DNA of 56,821 nt, from NCBI RefSeq assembly GCF_001194135.2, contig NC_068992.1:48542168-48598988 (forward strand), given 5' to 3'. The stretch is from Octopus bimaculoides (Eukaryota). The translations under genes were made by a program, and so were the position numbers. The notes beneath the pieces are model-generated. The model was not told where the DNA came from. It ran no database searches and worked only from the letters and a program-made list of their open reading frames with translations. Shown here piece by piece: positions 25,152 to 34,590 of the stretch. The number at the start of each line of letters is the position of its first letter. Position 1 is the stretch's first letter.

Positions 25152-25179
25152 AATTAGCTAGTAATATTACAGGTTATCA

Positions 25180-25298
25180 AGGTGGCGAGCTCGCAAAAAC
25201 GTTAGCACGTCCGGCGAAATGTTTAGCAGTGTTTCGTCTGTCTTTACGTTCTGAGTTCAAATTGCACCGAGGTCGACTTTGCCTTTCATCCTTTCGAT
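25180..25298 (+). mobile_element. SINE family B, 5' half, head-to-head with the preceding copy
   Basis: aggtggcgagctcgcaaaaacgttagcacgtccggcgaaatg...ttctgagttcaaattgcaccgaggtcgactttgcctttcatcctttcg, with B box GAGTTCAAAT. Confidence 0.9.
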
Positions 25299-26059
25299 TG
25301 TAGATGTCAGCTAAAAAGAACCTGCCACTGACCAATATAGATATCAGGTATGGATACCAGAGATAGATCAAACAAATGTCATAAGCAATAATTGTCAAGC
25401 CATTTGAGACAGACATCACACTGAATCCAAGGGGGAGATGCTTGTCAGTCATCTATTTTTCGATAGGAAGAAAACAAGAAGCTCCAGACGGATAAGTTTG
25501 GTTCTTTAGCAAGGTGGATGTGTGGATGAGAGCGTGAGTTCAAATCAGTTGCCGGAGTTTGTCGAGTTTCCCAGTCACACTCTATTCTACATGGTTGTGA
25601 TGCTGTGTTAACGGGAACTGGGATAACAAGCTACTGCAACATCATCTGTTGTATATCGGCATTTAATTTTATGCATCTTTAGTAGTGTATGAGTTCAAAT
25701 CGCGCTGAAGTCTTTCATTCATCGTTTTCTACTTTCATCAATGCAGGATCATTGAAATGAGTACCAGAGTATTACAGCGGTTGATATAATCGATCATTAC
25801 CCCAACACACACACACACACATCTAGTGGCTACCGAACTATGTAAAGTGTCACTCAACCGTGTCTGTTACGTTGTTATGTTTAACCTGGTGGCTAGTCTA
25901 GCACCTAGGTAACCACACCTAGAACCTTCGACATGAAAACATGCCCTAACGTGTCCGAGATTTCATTTTATGTTTCAACATTCTAAACGGCAACATCAAG
26001 ATGATCGATTAATTACATATACATACATTTATACACGCACGCGCGCACGCACACACACA

Positions 26060-26530
26060 CATATACATTATTAATTTCAGTCATTGGGCTACGGGTAACG
26101 CCTTCAAGAGTTTTCAATCGACCATAACAACCCAACCCCGGGACATGCTTTAGTCGAGCACTTAATTTATCGATCTCTTTTATAGCACCTGGTTAATTTA
26201 ACATTCTGACGATGTTGTTATCAAACACAAATTAAAAGATAAATACACATACATACTCTCTCCCCCACACACATCCACACTTATATGCATACACGTGTGT
26301 GCACATGTGTATGTATATGTTAAGCATAGTTTAGTTCCTATAGTTTTTTGTTTGCTTTACACATAGAATTGTGTCTATGCTGTAGCACTGCCTTCAAGAT
26401 ATTGGCTGAAGAGATCTACCCAAACACATATCCTAAGTCTAATACTCATTCTATCAGTGTCTTTTGTTGAACCACTAGGTTATGGTCCATAAACAAGCAA
26501 ACGAATTTTATCTAGCAGTGTGGGAGTAAA
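26060..26530 (-). mobile_element. Two old, degenerate family A 3' fragments (~26080-26190 and ~26340-26500)
   Basis: Residual matches such as gccttcaag, tttagtcgagc, atcgatctctttt, gctgtagcactgccttcaag, ctattctatcagtgtcttttgttgaaccactaggttatgg. Confidence 0.55.
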
Positions 26531-26545
26531 AGGGAAAAAAAAACA

Positions 26546-26715
26546 CTTTGGTCATGAATAACCATGGGATCGCACCTAGAAAGTTCCCCTCCGAAGCACA
26601 GGGCCCAAGGTTATTTATGGAAGACCAGCAATCGCCCATGCATACCGGTCTCCCCTCGCCACGCCACCAATGTTATCCAAGGAAAAGACAAAGGCTTGGC
26701 ACCAGTGACATCATA
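26546..26715 (-). mobile_element. SINE tail Y module (3' end of the family seen at 49942)
   Basis: The reverse complement gtcactggtgccaagcctttgtcttttccttggataacattggtggcgtggcgagggg matches gtcactggtgccaagc...cctttgcgtttcctttggacgacatcggtgacgtggagaggg at 50069-50136. Confidence 0.8.
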
Positions 26716-26806
26716 GGATTTGTGTCTGTGTGCGTGTGTGTGTGGGTGTGTACGAGTGTGTGTATTTGCGTGCGTGTGTGTATGAATGCATGCATTCATA
26801 CATATA

Positions 26807-26946
26807 CTTTGGGCTTCCACACAGTTTTCCCCAACCAAAAACCCTCACAAAGGATTGGTTGATCTAGAGCTATAGAGTGTAGTGCAGTGGGACTAAAATC
26901 AAAATCATGTGGTAGCGAAGCGAACGTCTTAAACAGAGAGCCATGC
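26807..26946 (-). mobile_element. SINE family A, degenerate 5' half with an internal deletion
   Basis: gggcttccacacagttttcc...ctcacaaaggattggttgatctagagctatag...gcagtgggactaaaatc...catgtggt...agccatgccc follows the order of family A head motifs. Confidence 0.7.
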
Positions 26947-26979
26947 CCGATCCGCTCCTTTCCTGCCTTTCTCTCTCCC

Positions 26980-27042
26980 TCTCTCTCCCTACCTCGGCCC
27001 TCCCTCCCCCTCTCTCTCCCTACCTCGGCCCTCCCTCCCCCT
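26980..27042 (+). repeat. 31-bp tandem duplication CTCTCTCTCCCTACCTCGGCCCTCCCTCCCC x2
   Basis: Two consecutive exact copies. Confidence 0.9.
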
Positions 27043-27310
27043 CTCTCTCATTACACACATACAAANNNNNNNNNNNNNNNNNNNNNNNNNNNNNNNNNNN
27101 NNNNNNNNNNNNNNNNNNNNNNNNNNNNNNNNNNNNNNNNNNNNNNNNNNNNNNNNNNNNNNNNNNNNNNNNNNNNNNNNNNNNNNNNNNNNNNNNNNNN
27201 NNNNNNNNNNNNNNNNNNNNNNNNNNNNNNNNNNNNNNNNNNNNNNNNNNNNNNNNNNNNNNNNNNNNNNNNNNNNNNNNNNNNNNNNNNNNNNATATAT
27301 ATATATATAT

Positions 27311-27716
27311 ATACTCTTTTACTCTTTTACTTGTTTCAATCATTTGACTGTGGCCATGCTGGAGCACCGCCTTTAGTCGAGCAAATCTACCTCAGGACTT
27401 ATTCTTTGTAAGCCTAGTACTTATTCTATCGGTCTCTTTTGCCGAACCGCTAAGTTACGGGGACGTAAACACACCAGGATCGGTTGTCAAGCGATGTTGG
27501 GGGACAAACAGAGACACACAAACATATACACACACACACACACATACATATACATATATACGACGGGCTTCTTTCAGTTTTCCGTCTACCAAATCCATTC
27601 ATAAGGCTTTGGTCGACCAGAGGCTATAGTAGAAGACACTTGCCCAAGGTGCCACGCAGTAGGGCAGAACCCGGAATTCAAGTGGTTGGTAAGCAAGCTA
27701 CTTACCACACAGCCAT
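27311..27716 (-). mobile_element. Near full-length SINE family A
   Basis: Aligns as a reverse complement along almost the whole 19864-20277 copy. The ORF track gives near-identical translations for both (MSSDVGGQTETHKHIHT...DGLLSVFRLPN). Confidence 0.95.
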
Positions 27717-27812
27717 ATATACATATAAATACAGAGCAGAGAAACATGTTCACATTCAGAAACGTATTTTTCTCTATATGTCTATATTCTCTCACATGTC
27801 TATAAATGATAA

Positions 27813-27876
<64 letters not shown>

Positions 27877-29374
27877 NNNNNNNNNNGTTCTTTTTTTTAA
27901 AAAAAAAAAAGAACATTAGCACGTCGTTGCTTTTGGTTGTTGTTTCTTTTGTTAATCTTCCATTTTATCTCTTTTTTATTATTATTATTATTATTATTAC
28001 TTTTTTTTGTCTCTTCTCGCTCGATTTTTTTCCCCTTTCTTTTTCTCCCAGCTTTACATTTGCAAATCTGTAAATCACTTCTTTTCTTTTTTTTTATCTA
28101 AACAATGCTAACTCTTCAAATCAATACGTTCATTGACATACCCAATATACAATATCATAAATGAACAAAATATGAGAATAACTGACAGCTTTTAATTGTG
28201 CTAGATAACTTAGCCACTGCTAAAGACGGCATTGATTCTTTTGAATTGGTCGGTGTTGGTATGTTGTTCTTTTGTTTGGCCATCTTTTCATCTATTTCCG
28301 GTTTGCTTGAAAACCTCAACAGTCGTTATGTATACATTTATTTATTTAAAAGTTATGATAAATACACCGCGATTAGTGTGGGGCGGGGGAAAGAGATGAA
28401 TGACCGAATCGGCTGTGTGTCGAACAAAATAACACCACACAACTGCTATAAACTGCAGTGTTTTTATTTAAAATTTCTGCATTTCAAATTCCTCTGGTGT
28501 CAATAAACTAAGTGCCAGTAAAATGTACTGGCAATCATTTAAATCGATTAAGGTGTGCATCAATGCTGGAAATGAGGTTTAGGGACTAAAGGTACACCAA
28601 GGTCCACTTGACTGAGTTTGAGATATAGCAGGATAGGGGGACTTAGATGTTATAGGCCCGTCTTCCGCCAGTGAGCTGCAAAGTAGCGGAAACGCGTCCT
28701 CTGCGCCTCACCCTCCACGCCTCTATCACTGGTACATGTATTTCTTCCCCTGAAGAATATGCGGCTTTATATAAACGATGTGAAGAAAACAGAGGGAGTG
28801 AAGAGTTTTTATTGCACCACACGGTTAACGGAGAGGCTGGTGGTTCGCATCTTGTCACAATTGTTGCTTTTACAGTTGTTGGTGCCCTAACCCCTTCGAG
28901 GCGTTGTGAGTTCACAAGGGGCAAGGTAGATGTGATAGAGACGCTTTATATGCTGCTTGGTGTTTAGAGTGTCATGAGATTTGTTAGAAATTCAATATTT
29001 AAACCAAATAAAATGCTTGTATTCTAAACACATTTTCAAATAGTTTTTGCCAAGACTAAAGTTTAAGTTGGAGATTGAGTTATTAGTGAGTAGGGAATAT
29101 GACGAATGATAAACCACAGCGAAAAATTTACTAGTTTGAAGAAAATAACCTAGTGTTTTTGTTTGGTACGGTGCAAAATATGAGAACAGACGTTTGTAGG
29201 ACAACATTTGGTGTAAAAGGACACCTGTCTGAAAAAAGGATACCGTGCTAGGAGAGATTAAGCCAATTATCTAGATTAGTGTTTCTCTGTGGTTCTTGGG
29301 GGTCCGTATAAGATTTTGCTGTTAAAAATGTATGTGCAATAAGTTGGTTATACTTCTACAATGCACAAAATATT

Positions 29375-29590
29375 GGCTTCAAATTTTGGCACAAGGCCAG
29401 CAATTTCGAGTGAGGTGAGGATAAGTCAATTACATCGAACTCAGTGTTCAGCTGGTACTTAGCTTATCGACCCCGAAACAATGAATGACAAAGTCATCCA
29501 CAGTGGAATTTGAACTCGAAACGTAAAGACACACGAAATACCGCTAAGCATTTTACCCGGCTTCCTAATGATTCTATCAGCTCACCGCCT
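29375..29590 (-). mobile_element. Full-length SINE family B with an 18-bp TSD
   Basis: Flanking direct repeats tacaatgcacaaaatatt (29357-29374) and tacaatacacaaaatgtt (29591-29608), 16/18 identical. Confidence 0.92.
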
Positions 29591-29988
29591 TACAATACAC
29601 AAAATGTTTTAACTATTCTTTTATTACAATTCCTAATAATATTTCATTATGAAAATATAATAGAATTTTTTAAACATCCAGTGGTTATAAGGGTCTACCC
29701 GATTAAAACAGAAATCAAAGGGGTGCATAGGTAAAAAAAAAATGGTAAGGAAACACTGATCGAGATGACTTCGTCTATGAAACTGTGAATTTATATCGAG
29801 TAGTTTATGGTAGGAATGACTCATTGATGACTATACATCTCAGAGACAACAAACACATGTTCTAAGTCTACAGAGACAACAACGGGAAAACATGTTCCTT
29901 TCGTTATTTTTCTGAACTAATTCATTAAGAGTTGAAAAAGAAATAAAAAAAACCTATGTCCGATTAACTAGAAGTATATACAAAATCG

Positions 29989-30370
29989 GGAGGCGCAATG
30001 GCCCAGTGGTTAGGGCAGCGGACTCGCGGTCATAGGATCGCGGTTTCGATTCCCAGACCGGGTGTTGTGAGTGTTTATTGAGCGAAAACACCTAAAAAGC
30101 TCCACGAGGCTCCGGCAGGGGATGGTGGCGAACCCTGCTGTACTCTTTCACCACAACTTTCTCTCACTCTTTCTTCCTGTTTCTGTTGTGCCTGTAATTC
30201 AAAGGGTCAGCCTTGTCACACTGTGTCACGCGGAATATCCCCGAGAACTACGTTAAGGGTACACGTGTCTGTGGAGTGCTCAGCCACTTGCATGTTAATT
30301 TCACGAGCAGGCTGTTCCGTTGATCGGATCAACTGGAACCCTCGACGTCGTAAGCGACGGAGTGCCAACA
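29989..30370 (+). mobile_element. Full-length tRNA-derived SINE: head + non-CORE middle + tail X
   Basis: A box TGGCCCAGTGG (29999-30009) and B box GTTTCGATTCC. 3' part shared with 3403-3590. Possible TSD atacaa(g)aatcg at 29978-29988 and 30370-30381. Confidence 0.93.
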
Positions 30371-30639
30371 TACAAGAATCGATTTCATTTTCACCCATTT
30401 AATAACGTCAAAATCAATGGTTGGGTCATTTTGTCTCAGAAGAGAATGAGGATGGTGTAGTAGAATGGTAGGTTTCTAAATATCGTACAGTATTCCGTTT
30501 GTTTCTGATGGATCCTCATTTCAAATCATACTTTATTTTTAAACAGTCATATTTGTACCGTTAGTGTTAAAATAACTACCAACAGTTTAACAGATTATGC
30601 CTTTCTCCTTTAAATCCTTCAAAATTATTATCATTGCGA

Positions 30640-30760
30640 CTGCGGGGCGGTAAATTCAGTATCGTTTCGGACAAAATACCCCGCGGTGTTTATGTTCTGT
30701 GTTGTAATCCTACCGAGGTCGACTTTGTATGTTATCTTCCCAGATTCAGAAAATAAATAG
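30640..30760 (+). mobile_element. Old, degenerate SINE family B fragment
   Basis: tatgttctgtgttgtaatcctaccgaggtcgactttgtatgttatc corresponds to tacgttctgagttcaaattccgccgaggtcgactttgcctttcatc. Confidence 0.6.
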
Positions 30761-31100
30761 TTATCAAATTCTGACGTTGATTTAAACGAATAAACAACGA
30801 CCCAAAAATGTCTCGTTTGTTGTCAGACATTTTTAAGTGTTTATAATTTTTGTCATTTGTCTTTCAGAGTTTCACAAAAACATATATCAACCCGTGTTGG
30901 GTTAATTGATAGTTCGTTCCGCCAAAATTTCTTGTCTGGCCTCACTGTGAGGAATCTTGAGAATTACCGCAGTAGTCACCCGGTACCTGATCCCTATCTC
31001 TATAAACATTATTAATTTTATTCCTACTCTAATCGTCACCCCTAAACTTTCCCTAATTAGGGATTGTTGGGTAGAAAAGAATATAATACAGATTTTGTAA

Positions 31101-31966
31101 GATGATGGAGCAGAGAAAGAAAAGGAGAAAAAGAAAAGGAGGAAAAAGTGAAGAAAAAGAAGACGAGAAAGAAGAAGAGGGAGCGAAAGGGGAAAGGGAG
31201 GAGAAAGACGAGCAAGAGGAAAAGTAAAAGAAAAGGAAAAGGAGAAGGTGGAGGAGAGGATAAGCAGGAGGAGGGGAGCCGAATGGAGGAAAAGGAGGAG
31301 GAGATAAATGATAAAGGAAACGAGGAAGTGCAATAGGAGAAGAGAGGGAAGTGGAGGTAGAGGATAGTGAAGGAAGGAGGGAGGAAGTGATGTGCGGCAG
31401 GGGGAGATCTAAGGGGGAAGGGTGGAAGTAAATGAGGGAAAGGAGAGAAAAATAAAGGAGAGAGAGAGAGGAGAGATAACAAGGAGGTAGAATGAAGCAA
31501 AAGAGGAGTTGGGTGAAGAAGGAAGGGAACGGGAGAAGGTAGAGGGAGGAGGAGGAGGAGGAGGAGGAGGAGGAGGAAGAGGAGGATAAAGAGGAGGAGA
31601 AGGAGGAGGAAGTGGAAGAAGATGATGGAAGAGTGAGATGGAGAGAAGGCGGAAGAAGAGGAGAAAGAGACAGAAGTGGAAGAAGAGGAGAAAAAGAGGA
31701 AGAAGATAAAAAGAAGTAGAATTAAAGAAGGAAAAGAAGAAGGAAAAGGAAAAGAATTGAAGAAGAAGAAGAATTGTAGAAGAATTGAAGAAGAAGAAGA
31801 AGAAGAAGAAGACGAAGAAGAAGAAGAAGAAGAAGAAGAAGAAGAAGAAGAAGAAGAAGAAGAAGAAGAAGAAAAAGAAGAAGAAGAAGAAGTAGAAGAA
31901 GAAGAAGAAGAAGGAGAAGAAGAAGAAGAAGAAGAAGAAGAAGAAGAAGAAGAAGAAGAAGAAGAA
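31101..31966 (+). repeat. ~870-bp polypurine tract ending in a long, slightly interrupted (GAA)n array
   Basis: Almost only G and A on the + strand; (GAA)n runs ~31787-31965. The poly-E/K ORFs in the track are by-products. Confidence 0.95.
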
Positions 31967-32460
31967 TATGCAAACTAGAGCGTTGCAAACGCTTCAGACC
32001 AATGCAACATCAACAGCATATGTATATTCTGTTCCTCTCATTAAATATAGAATCGAATATAGACTGTTTTGCCTCACAACCAACAACAAACGACCAACAA
32101 CAACAACAACAACCACAACAACAGCATTGTAAATCGTTGAGGTTTTTGTAAGAAATGCTATTGTCATCGATAATTTCGCATTGGAACGTAATTTTTGAAA
32201 TGTTCCCAGCGATATGGAATCTATTGGGAAAATAATTTTGGTTATTCTGTGAGATTCGATAACAACTGGTTCCTGATTTCTGCCAAAATGGTACAGTCTC
32301 AATTTATAGTTCTATTCTGTAATTAGCAAATATATTTTGGACCACCCTAGTATTTGCTCTGAAATAACCAATTCTACCCCGATTTAATGCCTTACTCTCT
32401 AATTACTTCATGTCTTTGATTCATGTCATATTTTACCTCTCACCAACTATTTCACAGCAG

Positions 32461-32509
<49 letters not shown>

Positions 32510-32672
32510 CACGCACTTATATATACCTATATATAATATATATATATATGGGTATATACAAATATGTATATATATATTATATGCATATATATATATATAT
32601 ACATATATATATTATATATATAAATACAGATATATATATATAAATATATCTATATACATACATATACATATG

Positions 32673-32705
<33 letters not shown>

Positions 32706-32917
32706 ATATGCGTATCTGTCTACCTATTTCTCTCCGTCTCTTTCTCCCGCATTCTCACTTTATATATANNNNNNNNNNNNNNNNNNNNNNNNNNNNNNNN
32801 NNNNNNNNNNNNNNNNNNNNNNNNNNNNNNNNNNNNNNNNNNNNNNNNNNNNNNNNNNNNNNNNNNNNNNNNNNNNNNNNNNNNNNNNNNNNNNNNNNNN
32901 NNNNNNNNNNNNNNNNN

Positions 32918-32948
<31 letters not shown>

Positions 32949-33382
32949 GTATGTATGTATGTATGTATGCATGTATGTATGTATATATATATATATATAT
33001 ATATAGACATACATATCTATACGCAGTTAGATTGGTCAGTAGATATATAGAAAAGTGTAAAGTGTATTGATACTTATGCTTATTAGTTATATGTGTATGC
33101 ATGTATATATAATTGTATGTGAGTACATGTATATACGTATGCATATATGTGCATGTACATTTGTACGCATGCTTAAACGTACACATTTACAAATTGGGAT
33201 AGGCGAGCAAGATTGACAAATAAAGAGAGAGCAAGACAGAGATATAGAGACAGCGCAGGAGACAGAGAAATCGTAAGAAATGTGTGGTCGAAAAACAGAT
33301 ACATACATACATACATACATACATAAATACATACATACATACATACATACATACATACATACATACATAAAAGCATACACAC

Positions 33383-33800
33383 GCGTGCTTTAGCTCCTTC
33401 GTTCCAAGGGCTGGTCTTCTTTCAGGCTTATCTGCTCGATCTAAAAGGAGTCTCACATTCCAACAGGCCAGGTTCAGAGAAATTTTATTCCTTGCATACT
33501 TGCTATCATTGTTTATATCAATTCTTTGTTCATTCCTGCAAGATTGAGCCAGCGTTAGCCGCAGTAATCTAACCAGCAGAGAAAGGACAGAAAATTTCCA
33601 GTGCACCTTTTCTAGCATCTTCCCAGTATATCCAGACGAGTAGTGTCCTCCTTAAAAGGGCTGCTCACACACAGAATTCTTCACCGAAAACTGTTCCTGT
33701 CCATGAAAACATGGTAGCAATGTTAAGATAAGAACCCTGCCGCCTTATGTGCAGAATTTGTAACTGTATGCTTCCAACCGGTCAAGTCTGCATATGTCGC
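33383..33800 (-). mobile_element. 5' end of an RTE-clade LINE (putative 5' UTR plus APE endonuclease N-terminus), cut off at an (ATAC)n tract
   Basis: LNLACWNVRLLLDRADKPERRPALGTKELKH (33383-33480) matches the RTE APE start pattern L..ACWNVRTL.D....PERRTALV..EL..Y. Assigning 33480-33800 as 5' UTR is inference. Confidence 0.75.
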
Positions 33801-33815
33801 CACGCCTCTATCGCC

Positions 33816-34324
33816 ATAGATGCAAATAGGCCAGACATCATACTGAAAGACTTCAGACAAAAATCATGCCTCCTCATTGATATGACTGTCCCAATTGATA
33901 TCTGTCAAAACCTACCAAAAACTGAGCAAATATAAAGATCTTGAAATAGAAATTAGCAAGATGTGGAACCTGAAGACTAAAACAATACCTATTGTCATAG
34001 GTGCCCTGGGAATGACAGCGAAACGGGCTGATTACTACCTAGCTCAGATACCAGGAAACCCCAAAATGGCTGAAGTTCAAAAGATAGTGCTCATGGGAAC
34101 TGCTCACATCCTACGTAAAATATTGTCTATGTGATCTCAAATTTTAAAACACATAATTTTCTTATGGTTTCTTAAAGATTCTCTACAACAACACTATGTA
34201 CAAATCCAAATATATGGTACCCTAGGCATAACACCTACATGAACTTCTAACTTGTTGTCTCTTGAGGTCTCTGGGTGAGACTTGGATCCAACTTGTACAA
34301 ATGCAAAGCAAAAGTCAAACATAA

Positions 34325-34325
<1 letters not shown>
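33816..34325 (+). mobile_element. 5'-truncated Dong/R4-clade LINE (family 2) with RLE C-terminus and complete 3' UTR
   Basis: IDANRPDIILKDFRQKSCLLIDMTVPIDI, a frameshift, then SVKTYQKLSKYKDLEIEISKMWNLKTKTIPIVIGALGMT...VQKIVLMGTAHILRKILSM*. About 190 nt of 3' UTR follow, ending directly in (ATA)n. Confidence 0.93.
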
Positions 34326-34389
<64 letters not shown>

Positions 34390-34410
34390 CAACAACAACA
34401 ACAACAACAA

Positions 34411-34590
34411 CATCGAAAAATACCTTAGGAATGAGAACCCAGATTCGAAATTTCCCCAAGACACCTGATGAAGGCTGGAGGGTATATCAGACGAAACGTT
34501 GTGCTAACAACAAACAAGATGAGGACAAATATCCGTCAAATAATGTAAATAATGTAAATAATGTAAATACGCAGTTAAATGAATGAATTA
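34411..34590 (+). mobile_element. Probable Penelope-like element terminal (pLTR) fragment carrying a hammerhead motif
   Basis: Contains the hammerhead core CTGATGA...GAAAC and a 3x TAATGTAAA(T) tandem at ~34540-34569. The association of such motifs with PLE pseudo-LTRs is established knowledge; no coding part is present. Confidence 0.55.
34460..34505 (+). ncRNA. Minimal type I hammerhead ribozyme motif (one helix II mismatch)
   Basis: gaCAC-CTGATGA-a-GGCTG gagggtatat CAGAC-GAAACGT-T-GTGct. Helix I is cac/gtg, there is an extra A after A9, helix II has 4 of 5 pairs, helix III is the palindrome AACGTT, and the cleavage triplet is GUU. Confidence 0.65.

Noticed and set aside
28660-28705. GCTGC-aaa-GTAGC-g-GAAACGCGTC, a hammerhead-like 3' half
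   Set aside because: The CUGANGA core is absent, there is an extra G before GAAA, and no helix I.
29989-30062. tRNA-like sequence with A and B boxes (also at 19864, 25180 and 49942)
   Set aside because: These are SINE heads: no acceptor-stem closure or terminator, and they continue into SINE bodies.
31148-31988. Poly-Lys/Glu ORFs that look like acidic or basic low-complexity proteins
   Set aside because: Translation of a purine tract and (GAA)n; no splice signals or unique coding sequence.
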